Shown: positions 1 to 11,545 of the stretch, piece after piece
Layout of the letters: each line of letters opens with the position of its first letter
Numbering within the stretch: position 1 is the first letter of the stretch
DNA from: Octopus sinensis
Lineage: Eukaryota
NCBI RefSeq assembly: GCF_006345805.1
Contig: NC_042998.1
Location: 80,104,001-80,168,000 of the forward strand
DNA: 64,000 bases
Direction: 5' to 3'
Position numbers and translations under genes: made by a program
The notes under the pieces: model-generated
Database searches by the model: none
Seen by the model: only the letters and a program-made list of their open reading frames with translations
What the model was told of the DNA's origin: nothing

Positions 1-1009
1 CTGATGTGAAAACTATTCTGTAAAACCACTGCCCTTAACATAGGCACACAACTAGAACTTTTAGTAGGAGGAAGTCAGTTTTATTGCTTCCAGTATTTTA
101 CCAATACCATGAAGATTGATAGGAAAAGGTGACCATGCCAGGATTTGAACTCAGAATCTAAACAGCCAGAACAAATACCATAAGGGAGTTTGTCTGACGC
201 TCTAATGATTCTAGCAAACCACGATTCTTAACTACTACTACTACTACAATTCATGCAAATGCTAGTTAGCAATACACAAAGCATTCCACAGAGAATTGAT
301 TGAAAAGGGACTAACCTACAGAAATGTAGTGCTACTATTGAAGACATTCCAGAATTCCTCCTATGAAAAGCAGCAAGGGATGATCTGATCCAAGCATTAA
401 TGGTTTCTATTCACAGAGTAAATGAACACAGCACAGCTTTAGAAAGAGACAAGAAGAAAAAAATTACATAGATTTAAATAAATATATAAATAAATGAAGG
501 AAAATAATACAATCAATATCAAATAAACAAATCAAGCAAATTTCAATGTATTTAATAAGACAAACAGAAACCTATTTAAATTGAATATGTGTGTGTGTGT
601 GTGTGTGTGTGTATCTATCTATATGTTATGTATAAATACACATACATATATACTTACACATACACACGAACATGTGCATATAGTTTTCAGAGAAAATACA
701 GTAATATGAATTTCCTCAAGAAACAAACATTTGAAAAAAAAAAATAATAAATCAAGAAAAATAATAAAAGGGTGGGGGAAGTTAGGGTAGTGAAGACAAA
801 AACAAAACAAAACAAAACAAAAAACAAACATAACATTGCAGTTGCAACAAATATTAACCATGAAGACATCATACAGAATTGGCTGAAGGACCCACTTGTA
901 AAAACGTGAGGAACTGCTGGTTTATAAATCCATTTATTTATTCATTCATTCATTGATCATTATCATCATTATCAGTATCGTTTAAATTTATCATTATCAC
1001 TATTACCAG

Positions 1010-1047
<38 letters not shown>

Positions 1048-1221
1048 CACACACACACACACACACATGAACACATACATATATGCATATACACACATAT
1101 ACATACACAATCATTCCATTCTATGTAAATTTCCCACTCTTTGTCTTTGCATTGTCCTCCCATCTGTTGCCTTGGTGGCAAATAAAAGAAAGTATTATTA
1201 TTATTATTATTATTAATAGTA

Positions 1222-1513
1222 ATCGTGGCCGATGCCAGTGCCGCCTCGACTGGCTTCTGTGCCAGTGGCACGTAAAATGCATCGATCCGATTGTGGCTGT
1301 TGCCAGCCTCGCCTGGCACCTGTGCAGGTGGCACGTAAAAAGCACCCACTACTCTCACGGAGTGGTTGGCGTTAGGAAGAGCATCCAGTTGTAGAAACAC
1401 TGCCAGATCAGACTGGAGCCTGGTGCAGCCTTCTGGCTTCCCAGATCCCCGGTTGAACCGTCCAACCCATGCTAGCATGGAGAACGGACATTAAACGATG
1501 ATGATGATGATGA
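1222..1513 (+). mobile_element. Head-less SINE-like retroposon (family C), two GTGCCNGTGGCACGTAAAA hairpin subrepeats, (GAT)n tail
   Basis: Near-identical copies at 11771-12041 (-) and 47674-47988 (+). Ends CCAACCCATGCTAGCATGGAGAACGGACATTAAAC(GAT)n. Confidence 0.85.
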
Positions 1514-1894
1514 GTAGTAGTAGTAGTAGTAGTAGTTTGACTTGCAGTGTTTATAAGTCTGGGTTAAATTCCTACTTAGGTCATCTCTACCTTGCATCTT
1601 TCCAAGAATCAATAAAATAAGTATCAATCAAGTATTAGGTGTCAATATAACTGACTGTCCCAACCCCTACAGAATGTCTAGCCTTTTGATGATGTAAGGA
1701 AAAAAAAAACCCCACTAATTATTGGCATTTTTTTAATTATTAGGCCAAGGAAAAAGTTTGTGTTAAAATAATGCTTTTTTATATATTTTTGTGGTATGTG
1801 TTCATTCAGTTCCTTATTTTAACGCAGCACATGAACCTTGTCCTCAACCTACTATTATTATTTTTAGTTATTTTTATTCCATTATTTTTCTTTT

Positions 1895-2640
1895 ATCTTT
1901 TACTCGTCTCTGCCACTGTACTATGGCCATGCTGGGGCACTACCTTGAAGGGTTTAGTTGAATGAATCAACTTATTTTTGAGACCGCTATTTATTTTGTT
2001 GGTCTCTTTTGCTAAATTGCTAAATTATAGGAATGTAAACAAACTAACACCAGTTGTCAAGCAGTAGTGGGGACAAATGTGAAGACACACACACACACAC
2101 ATATATATATACATACATACACAGTAAGCTTCCATACAATTTGTCTACCACATTCGCTCACAATGCATTGCTTGACTTGAGATTATTGTAGAAGGCACTT
2201 GCTCAAGGTGCCACATACTGAGATTGAACCCAAAACCATGAGGTTACAAAGTGAGCTTCTTAACTACATAGCCATTCTTTTATTCTTCTACTTGTTTCAG
2301 TCATTTTATTGTGGTCATGCTGGAGCACCACCTTAACGGGTTTTAGTCAAAGAAATTGACCCTGGGACTTATTCTTCATAAGACTAGTACTTATTCTATC
2401 AGTTTTTTTTGCAAAACACTAAGTTATGGGGGACGCAAACACACCAACATTGGTTGTCAAATGATGGTAGCAGGGACAAACACAAAAATACACACATATA
2501 TATATATAAATGTGATGGGCTTCTTTCAGTTCCCATCTACCAAATCCACTCACAAAGTTTTGGTTAGCCTACAGCTATATTAAAAGACACTTAGCCAAGG
2601 TGACATGCAGTGAAACTGAACCCAGAACCATGTGGTAGGG
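1895..2640 (-). mobile_element. Two adjacent copies of tRNA-derived SINE family B (CORE-like central segment)
   Basis: Reverse complements of the family seen on + at 4722, 16420, 31040, 34195, 36420 and 52285 (GTGGTTAAGAAG...GGCACCTTGGGCAAGTGTCTT...internal (GT)n). Confidence 0.8.
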
Positions 2641-3775
2641 AAACAAGAAATATTTTTAACCCTTTTGCTTCATTATGCAATTTAGTCTTGTCGCAGACAA
2701 AAGTGAAACTAGTCTCAATAACTCCATCAGTTTAGAGCAATGCCTGTTGTTGTTGTTGTGTACAGAAGAAACCAAAAAAAAAAACCATAAATAAAAACAC
2801 CCTAGAAACTAAAAAAAAAAAGAGAGAGAGCTTCAATTGATGAATTTAAAAGAATTTGTCAGAAAGGGTTGGTGGGAGATGTAAACTTGTATGTTACATC
2901 ATGTCTTGCATCTCAGCCACCATCACCACCATCATCCACATTAGCATAAGCATCATTACTGTTATTACCACCACCACCACCTCTACCACACCCAGTTTAC
3001 CATCACGTCACATTGTGTCATGGGTGCCATGGGTGGAGTGCATCTTGTTTACAAGATCAAAAGAAACCAAATTAGCAAAAATGTGTAAGAAGCTAGTAGT
3101 AGTAGTAGTAGTAGTAATGAAGGTGGTGGTGATGGTAATAGTGGTGGTAGTGGTGATGGTGGTGGTTGTCCTCGTAGTGGTGGTGGTAGTAGAAGTAGTA
3201 GTAGCAGCAGCAATAGTTTGTGGAGGTATCAGCCTTAACACCATCATTAAATACCATGGTCACAACAATTACCTAAAGCTTTTATCCTGATATGAAGCAC
3301 TGCAATCTTTGCATCGTCATTACGATTAACTTTATTACTCCTGATGACCTAGTGCAATATTCTAGAGTAAGACAATCAAATTCAACACTCACGAATCACC
3401 CCCGCCTCCCAAAACCATCATTGCCACATCCTCACCACCACCACCACCACCACCACCATTACTGCATGCCACCCCCACCACCACCACCTCTCGTAAAATA
3501 ATGGTGTTGGTCGTTTATTGAAATCATTATGATTAACTTGCTGATCTCTGTGAAAGCTGGGTCGTCCTATATCCAATTAAGGATGCTTTAAAAAGAGTGC
3601 AAATCAATCAACCATTACAGTGTGTGGTAGAAAAGTGCGTGGTGGCAGTGGGGTGGGGGGAAGGGCATAAAATATGCTAAGTCAATAATCAGCTTAAGGT
3701 CAGGGTCCCATTACAGAGACCCTGACTCAGTACCATTTAGTAAGGTGGTTGTCACAAGGTTGGAATGGTTAAGGT

Positions 3776-4080
3776 TTATGGCTCAGTGGTTAGAGCATAG
3801 GGCTTGCAACCATAGGGTTGTGAGCTTGCTTCCTGGACCAGGCTGTGTGTTGTGTTCTTGAGCAAGACCCTTTGATTCACGTTGCTCCAGTTCACTTAGC
3901 TGCAGAAATGAATTGCGATGTCACTGGTGTCAAGCTATATCGGCCTTTGCCTTTCCCTTGGACAACATCAGTGGTGTGGAGAGGGGAGGCCGGTATGCAT
4001 GGGCAACTGCTGGTCTTCCATAAACAGCTTTGCCTGGACTTCTCCCATAGAGGGGAACTTTCTAATTGCAATTCTATGGT
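3776..4080 (+). mobile_element. tRNA-derived SINE (family D)
   Basis: A-box TGGCTCAGTGG at 3779-3789, degenerate B-box, then TGTGTTCTTGAGCAAGAC body. Related copies at 4452, 20560 and 36715 (-). Confidence 0.75.
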
Positions 4081-4084
4081 CATT

Positions 4085-4397
4085 TGTTTTTTCTTCTTTG
4101 TTCCTTCTCAAGCCATGCCTGGCTCTTAAGGGCTGGTTTCCCGGTTTCTTTGGTGTATAGGTTCCCCACCTGGATGGGACGCCGGTCCGTCACAGGTGAG
4201 CTGCAAGATGCAGGAGGAAAGAGTGAGAGAAAGTTGTGGCGAAAGAGTCAGCAAAAGTTTGCCTTTACCTTTTGCTGGAGCCATGTGGAGTTTAAGTGTT
4301 TCGCTCATAAACACACACATCGCCTGGTCTGAGATTCGAACCCGTGATCTCTCGACTGCTAGTCCACTGCTCTAACCACTAGGCCAAGTGCTTCCAC
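4085..4397 (-). mobile_element. tRNA-derived SINE with well-preserved Pol III boxes
   Basis: Minus-strand A-box TGGCCTAGTGG (4386-4376) and B-box GGTTCGAATC (4342-4333), followed by a non-tRNA body, so a SINE rather than a tRNA gene. Confidence 0.8.
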
Positions 4398-4451
4398 TAT
4401 GGTCATTTGTGACTGAAGTAGGGTGGTTTTTACTTTTTGCCACAAGGTGTA

Positions 4452-4715
4452 GTGAAGGTATGTAGCTTAGTGGTTAGGGATATTCAGCTCACAATCATAA
4501 GGTCATGAGTGATTCATGGTAGTGCATTGTGTCTTCCGGCAAGATACTTTATTTTGCATTGCTCCAGCCCACTCAGCTGGCAAAAATGAATAGTACCTGT
4601 GTTTCAAAGGGCCAGCCACTACATTAAGAGTACACATGTCTGTAGAGTGCTCAGTAGCGTGTATGTTAATTTCATGAGTAAGCTGTTCTGTTGATCGGAT
4701 CAACTGGAACCCTCA
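4452..4715 (+). mobile_element. Decayed tRNA-derived SINE (family D-like)
   Basis: TAGCTTAGTGGTTAG A-box and TTGTGTCTTCCGGCAAGATACTT body. Confidence 0.65.
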
Positions 4716-4721
4716 TTGGGG

Positions 4722-5282
4722 CAGTGTGGTTAAGAAGTTTGCTTCACAGCTATGTGGTTTCTGGTTCAATCCCATGGCATGGCACCTTGGGCAATTATCT
4801 TCTGCTATAACCTCAGGACAACCAATGCCTTAAAGATTGAATTATTTGATAGACAGAAACTGAGTGGAAGTTAATTGTATATGTGTCTGCGTGTGTATGT
4901 CTTTGTGTCTGTATTTGTCCTACCTCCACTACTGGCTAACTGGTGTTGGTTTGTTGACATCCCTGTTCAGCAAAAGGGACTCATAGAATAAATACTGGAC
5001 TTCCTTACAAGTGGATTTGGTAGATGGAAACTGAAAGAAGTCCTTTGTATATACATGTGTGTGTATGTGTGTGCTTTTTTTTTTTTGTCCCCACTACTAT
5101 TTGACAACCAGTGCTTGTGTGTTTAAGTGCTCGTAACTTAGTGATTTGGCAAAAGTGACCAATAAAATAAGTACCAGGCCTAAAAAGAATAACTACTGGG
5201 GTTGATACATTCGACTAAAATTTCTTCAAGGTAGGGCCCCAGCATGGTCACAGTCTAATGATTGAAACAAGTAAAAGATAAA
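4722..5282 (+). mobile_element. SINE family B (one or two nested copies)
   Basis: tRNA-like head, GGCACCTTGGGCAA, internal GT tracts, 3' CCAGCATGGTCACAGTCTAATGATTGAAACAAGTAAAAGA. Confidence 0.8.
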
Positions 5283-6129
5283 AGATTCATAAACCCTGAG
5301 AGATAGAGAGACATGAGGATTATAACGGTTCGATGTTTCATGATTGGGTACTCACCATCTTCCACTTGATAGGATAGTGTGCCAGTCCAGTCAATTTTAG
5401 GTATGACTACTCAGTGATGAGGTACCTATTTCTGACAGACAGATGAACTGAGGTAATGTAGAAAAAAGTGTTTTGACACAAAAGAGATAATAAAATGTCA
5501 GTTAAATCTGAAGTCATCACTTTTCAGTTACTAGTCTAATTAGCTGCTTTACCTTTGTTTACAAAACATGAAACATTATCAAAATGTCAAAGACTGGTTT
5601 TTGTTACTATGATTCATACTCTCCAATGACTGCCAAGTGGGAGGTATCAATGATCATCAAGTATATGACTATTGTTTGTCTTTTTGATTGTCAGGTGTGC
5701 AGTAGATGATTTAAAAAATGCTTTCTCAGATTGTTTATTTTGTGATATATTCATTACATAAAATAATGGAAAGGGAGGCGTCTAAGTATTCACTTGACCT
5801 GCTAGAAATAGCAGCCAAATTTCCCTCAAATCATACCCTACCATCTTAAATAAGGAAGCAATACATAACATAATGGTTTCAAATTTTGCCACAAGGGCAG
5901 CTATTTTGGGGGAGGGGATGAGTTGATCACATCAACCCCAGTGTTCAACTGGTACTTGTTTTATTGACCCCAAAAGGATGAAAAGCAAAGTCCTGACTCT
6001 ACCATTTATAATAGTCCTACATTACATAAATTAGTCTTAAAAAAAAAGAGAGAAAAAAGCAACATTTTAAGATACATAACAATGTTGCTCCGTGCTAGCA
6101 TGGAAAACGTATGCTAAACGATGATGATG

Positions 6130-6181
<52 letters not shown>

Positions 6182-6759
6182 GAATACAGAACTACATTAA
6201 TGTTAGTCCTACATACTTTTGAAAAGGCTGGATGGTCATGGATGGAATGCATTTGATCATAAGCCAGTTTGATCAGTATTGAACTGGAGTTAAACAACAA
6301 ATTTTATATGTGAACACACAAATACATACACACTTAAGAACCTATGAACACACACATGAACATACACACAGGAACACATACGTGAAAACACACATACATG
6401 TACACAAACATACTTTTGAGCTTCTTTGCAGATTATGTTTACTTTAATTCTTAGTGCAGACAGCAATCACAGCGGGTTCTTTTTTCTGTACTAAAATTTG
6501 TGAATTATGTCTCCTTATCTGTCACGGAATATTTAACTATACAATAAGGTCACACTCAACATACTGTGAGTCATTCAGCCACACAGTACTCTACTGTAAG
6601 AGCCAGACTATCAGTTGATGATGTTTACAATCAACAAATTTAACAGTTCAGACTTTAAAGCCAGTACATAAGATAACCCTGACCATTGCTTTAGCAGGAA
6701 GAGAGGTCTGCTAGAAATAGCTGCTAAGTCTCCTTCAAGTTGCGCTCTACAGTCTAGAA

Positions 6760-7019
6760 CACTGGTTCTCAACCATTTTTTGACTATGGACCTCTTTGAT
6801 TCCTATTTTACTCTGAGGAGAGGGACCATCATAGCCATTCAATGTTTAAAAGCTCCTATTATATTTTTATGATTAAATATTATTAGGGAATTGCATAAAA
6901 AATGTTTGAATATTTTGTGTATTGTATGTGCAATAACCAGTTTATTGCACATAAATTTTAACAACAAAATCTTATAAGGATACCCCAAGGGCCTTATGGA
7001 CCCTGATTGAGAATCACTG
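6760..7019. mobile_element. hAT (Charlie-like) MITE
   Basis: TIRs CACTGGTTCTCAACC / GATTGAGAATCACTG. Perfect 8-bp TSD GTCTAGAA at 6752-6759 and 7020-7027, matching the NTCTAGAN target known for Charlie-type hATs. Confidence 0.9.
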
Positions 7020-7584
7020 GTCTAGAAGAAAAAGCATGGCATAGTCATAAAAACAATAAATGTTTCTAAGAAAGGTAACATTTCCCCAGTGACCAGGCAT
7101 GTTTTCATGGAAGACTGGAAACAAAGGACAGCACTTGTTTTAAAGTGATTGATGAAAGGCAAGGAGACTAATGCACATATATGTGTGTGTGTTTGTTTCT
7201 ATCTACCAAGTCCACTCAAAAGGCTTTAGTCAGCCTGGGGTTATAATGGAAGACACCTGCCCAAGGTACCATGCAGTGGGATTGAGCCTGAAACTATGTG
7301 GTTGGGCAGCAAACCTTTTACCACAAGCACACTTCCTTTGCTGATTCCAATCAATCATAAAAACATTAAACAACACCAAACTACAACTGCTTTTTCCTCC
7401 TTATCTGATTTATATTGATGTTGATGTCATCAAAGGTAATCAATCAATAGAATCATTAGAACAATGAACAAATGCAATGCTTGTTCCAGTTCTTTGCATT
7501 CGGAGTTCAAATCCTACTGACATCATCTTTAGCTTTCACCCTTCCAAAGGGCAGTAAAAAAAAAAGGTACCAGTCAGGGATTGT

Positions 7585-7905
7585 ACAGCTGTTATGCAGA
7601 CAGACATCCTGGACCAAATTCAGAAGGGCCACTCAACTGATTGGTATCAGTTTACTCACAGACACTCTCCAACCACTGGCATAACTATATCCATTCCCTT
7701 TATGATTTCTATGATGGCCTCTGTTTCTTGGTACTGTTTGGTCTTAAATCTCTCTCCCCCAATTCAGGCATTCTTAATCCATCTGTCTTTGTGCTTCTTG
7801 TTACTCTTGTTATGTCCAATCCCAACCAAGTACTACATTAATCCAATCCTTCTTCCCCATAACATTGTCCCTCTGGAATCTCCTCCCTGCAGGTGTTAAC
7901 CGAAA
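7585..7905 (+). mobile_element. CR1-group (Crack/L2-like) LINE ORF2 3' remnant, frameshifted
   Basis: Translated pieces ILDQIQ/RRATQLIGISLLTDTLQPLA and SFFPITLSLWNLLPAGV match the remembered CR1-group C-terminal motifs (LDRIQKRA...LQPL; SFFPRT.RLWNSLP). Confidence 0.7.
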
Positions 7906-8024
7906 ACTGCTTAAATAGAACAGCAACATGAAGCTTATTAGCAACAGAGGGTTTGCAATAGTCATGGGTACTACTCCTTTCTTGAAACTCAGCAAATAAA
8001 AAAAAAAGTACTCTAACAGCACTA

Positions 8025-8242
8025 TTTAGCATTTAAACTGACCATATCCGGCCAAAATATTCTACTTGTTTATGTTCAAACTGATCAGATCCAACCTCTC
8101 ATGTTACCAAACAGTGCCATTCTCAACATAAACAACCAAACCATCAGAATTTCAAATCTACAAGATAAAGCATGATTAATTCAAAACAATATGAATAAAT
8201 ACACAGAACATTTGACAGAGTAATCTGAACGTTAAAGAGTCA
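8025..8242. mobile_element. piggyBac-like MITE family 1
   Basis: Same body (TTTAAACTGACCATATCCGGCC...AATCTGAATGCTAAAG) at 17730-17954, 41495-41721, 51204-51431, 52011-52236 and 61507-62068. Best copies end in TTAA-CC...GG-TTAA. Confidence 0.7.
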
Positions 8243-8531
8243 AACTCTTTTGTTACTATATTTCTGTTGAAATACATTGCCTTTGTTTCAGTTAATTTTG
8301 AAAATAATGAATCTAATAAAATAACTGTTGTAATTAATCTGGTGTTTGGAATTTAAATTAACATGAAATTTTGATAGGAGATTTTAACTCCCAATCTAAG
8401 TGGCCTCAGGTAGACTGCTACCAAAAGGTTAATTTTGTTTTGTTTTATTCATAGGTAAATAGGTAACACAAATGAATACACATGGTCCTATTTTACGGTT
8501 CGGTGGACTGGGCTAGCAAAAGATATGTATC

Positions 8532-8678
8532 TCAATCAAGGACATTGTGTAATGCTAGTGATGGAGTATCAACCATCAATCTTTCCAAAAGCAGTCTGAC
8601 ATCCCACTGGACTGAGGAAGTCTCCATATGTGCACCCAATCTGCTAGAAATATCACTCAAGTCTCCTTCACATCGTAC
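8532..8678 (-). CDS. Putative terminal coding exon, unknown protein (VRCEGDLSDISSRLGAHMETSSVQWDVRLLLERLMVDTPSLALHNVLD*)
   Basis: Long polypyrimidine tract then CAG at 8681-8679, 48 open codons to TGA, higher GC than the flanks, AATAAA about 85 nt past the stop. Product not recognised. Confidence 0.45.
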   Translation of the reverse strand, partial: VRCEGDLSDISSRLGAHMETSSVQWDVRLLLERLMVDTPSLALHNVLD

Positions 8679-8758
8679 CTGACTATATTAAAGGAAAAGA
8701 AAATGAAAGAGATAGGATAATGTAGTTCTAAATATATCACAGTAAAAAACCAAAAAAA

Positions 8759-8860
8759 ATTCAGGATGATCACAGCTGGAAACCTTTCATCATAGATCGG
8801 CGTGATCACTGCTGGCTTGGGGCTGAATAACAACCACAACTCTGTGATTCATCACTGCAT
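8759..8860 (-). ncRNA. Candidate intronic box C/D snoRNA (or C/D scaRNA)
   Basis: In order on -: C box GTGATGA (8855-8849), D' CCGA (8800-8797), C' ATGATGA (8793-8787), D CTGA (8764-8761). D box is 82 nt upstream of the 3' splice site. No terminal stem or target recognised. Confidence 0.4.
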
Positions 8861-8948
8861 GTTGCAGTGTATGGTTCTCAACTAGGTTAACAAGAGGCAT
8901 GGTATAACAGATCTATCAGATATGGTACCCAGTTGTTTGACCAAGTAC

Positions 8949-8989
8949 CTGTATGCTACAGGTTTTTTCTAACCGAAGCTGACTTATAG
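8949..8989 (-). CDS. Putative penultimate 41-nt exon (xISQLRLEKTCSIQ)
   Basis: TTGTTGTATAG acceptor and CAG|GTACTT donor. Joins in phase 0 to the 8678 exon across a 270-nt intron. Confidence 0.4.
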
Positions 8990-9470
8990 CTATACAACAA
9001 CACAAACAGCAAATCTAAAGCAAAATTATTTTTGAATTAAAATTGTGACTAAAAAAAAAACTAATTATAAAAAACTGTCCAGAAACTGCTGAGTAGTAAT
9101 TTGTACGTATTATAACCTATTTGTAGCTTTATTATTAATATTCCGGAGTTTTATTGAAGAAGCAGCAGGGAGAAGAGTATAATTTAGCTAAAGGAAACAT
9201 GAGGGGAAAGGCACTAAGTGGTTTCCAACTGGGTCGGTGACACAATAAAACATGCTACATGTTACAGCATTAATTGGATGGGGTTTCTCTTAGAGCAGGT
9301 GGGTGGAGCTAGAACTAGAGAGAAAGAGAGATGAAGAGAGAGAGAGAGACTTGTACTTAGACATGCGTTTGTTTTATGTAATGTTTTTGTTTCGTTTAAA
9401 TCTGTTCCATATTTACCATGCAGTATTTCATATATGTGTGTGTGTATACATATATATGTGTGTATATGTG

Positions 9471-9545
<75 letters not shown>

Positions 9546-9639
9546 CGATACAGAGGAGAGGAAGAGAGAGTATGCAATATAGAGAGATATAAAAAAATAT
9601 TTTCCAGATGTTAATGAAGAATTAAATCTTAATTAAGAT

Positions 9640-10480
9640 CTGTGATGTTAGTAAATGGAACCTTTGAGGTTGAAGAAGAGCAGAGAGCAACATTGTGGTG
9701 TGGTGGTGGTGGTGGAAATGATGACAGGGGTGTTGATAATAGTGATGGTAAGGGTGGTGTTGGTGGTGATTGTAGTGGTGTTGACAACAGAGATAGTAGT
9801 AGAGGTAATGATGGTGATGGTGGCTGTGTTGGTAGTAGTAGTAGTGTTGATTGTGAAGGTGGTAGTATTAGTGCTCATATTGATATTGCTGATAGTGATG
9901 GTCAGTGTTACTGGTGGTTGTGATGACTAGTGATGTTGGTTGGTGACAATGATGGTAGTGGTGATGACAGTGATGATGGTGGTGGTGATGATGATGATAG
10001 TGGTCATGGCAGTGATGGTGGGGATCCTAGAGGTGGTGGTGATGATTGTGGTGCTAGTATTAGTGGTGATGGTGGTGGAAGATGGTGGTGTAGTGGTGGT
10101 GGATGTTGATGGTGGTGGTGATGGTGACGGTGGTGGTAGTAATGGTAGTGGTGATGGTGGTGGTTATGGTGGTGATGTTGATGTGGTAGTGATGGCGATG
10201 GTAGTGGTGGCAGTGATGGTGATGGTGTTAATCATAGTGGTAGTTGCAGTGCTGATTTTAGTGGTGTTGGCGACGATGGGTAACAGTGGCATTCATCATA
10301 GTTGGTGGTGTTAATAAAGGCAGTAGTGATAGCTATGGGAGTTCGTAATGAACACACCACTGTGGTGGTGGTGGTGGAGAGAGTAGAGACAGCAGTGGTG
10401 GTAGCAGTAGAGCTAATAGTGGCCATGGCGGTGGTGGTGGTAGTGGTATCAGTGGTGGAGGAAGTAATTGGAAGGGAATG
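9640..10480. repeat. Cryptic (GGT/GAT/AGT)n low-complexity tract
   Basis: About 840 bp of shuffled triplets; produces the Val/Gly/Thr-rich pseudo-ORFs. Confidence 0.9.
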
Positions 10481-10994
10481 ATGTGAGAAAAATGAATGAG
10501 AGGGAGCAGGTTGGGGTGGGTGGGTAGAAGTGCAGAGAAAAAGAGAAAGGAGAAAAAGAGAGAGAGAGAGATGGAAAAAGAGGGAGGGAGGTGGGGGTAA
10601 GTGATTCACTTCAATAGTATTTGAGCAGGTGGTGCAAACTTAATGAATACAAGAACATTGGTGATGCTGACTCAATCCACTGCTTCCAGATATCAACTGA
10701 ACAAGTGACAAAGACATTCTGGGAGGAAAATTGATGAGAAGAAGGTGTTAAGTGGAGGGGAGGGTTGTTTTACAAGGTGGGGGGGTTACGTGATTTTGTT
10801 GGCAGAACACAGTTTGGGGTGAATTTATTACTACAGTTTGTAGTGTCTTCTCTTCTCTTTCATCATCAAACCCGACAAAATCACAGGATATGTAATATCA
10901 GCTGAGGATATGGATGAATAATAATATTCAGGGATGGGGGGTGTTTTTTTTTTCTTTTATGTCGTGTCTGCTATGTCAAATTTCAAAACTATAC

Positions 10995-11545
10995 AATAAT
11001 AAAAATAATAACAATAATAATGATGATGATAATAATGATGATGATAATAATGATAATAATAAAGATAATAATGATAATGATACTAATGATAATAATGATA
11101 CCAATAATAATGATGATGATGATAATAATGATGATGATAATAATGATAATAATGATGATAATAATAATGATAATAATAATGATAATAATAAAGATAATAA
11201 TGATAATGATACTAATGATAATAATGATACCAATAATAATGATGATGATGATGATAATAATGATGATGATAATAATGATAATAATGATGATAATAATAAT
11301 GATAATAATAATGATAATAATAAAGATAATAATGATAATGATACTAATGATAATAATGATACCAATAATAATGATGATGATGATGATAATAATGATGATG
11401 ATAATAATGATAATAATGATGATAATAATAATGATAATAATAAAGATAATAATGATAATGATAATAATGATACCAATAATAATGATGATGATGATGATAA
11501 TAATGATGACGGCAATAATGATGATGATGATAATAATGATAATAA
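10995..11545. repeat. (AAT/GAT)n tract with a higher-order unit of about 130 bp
   Basis: Marker AAAGATAATAATGATAATGATA recurs at 11061, 11190, 11322 and 11442 (spacings 129, 132, 120). Confidence 0.9.

Noticed and set aside
280-445. Open frames on both strands interrupted by a single TGA (possible selenocysteine)
   Set aside because: Short, no consistent splice model, no SECIS or selenoprotein motif recognised.
4320-4397. Possible tRNA gene
   Set aside because: Good A/B boxes but no closing acceptor stem, and it runs straight into a SINE body.
5290-5460. Minus-strand GATG|GTGAGT donor and GAAACATC hammerhead-like tail
   Set aside because: Reads like an interspersed repeat. The catalytic core (TGGAAGA) and stem I do not fit, and no open exon precedes the donor.
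8765-8830. Plus-strand peptide DDHSWKPFIIDRRDHCWLGAE*
   Set aside because: The upstream sequence is purine-rich with no acceptor tract. Better explained as the antisense of the minus-strand intron.
9642-10609. Val/Gly/Thr-rich ORFs on both strands
   Set aside because: Translations of a GGT/GAT/AGT low-complexity tract.
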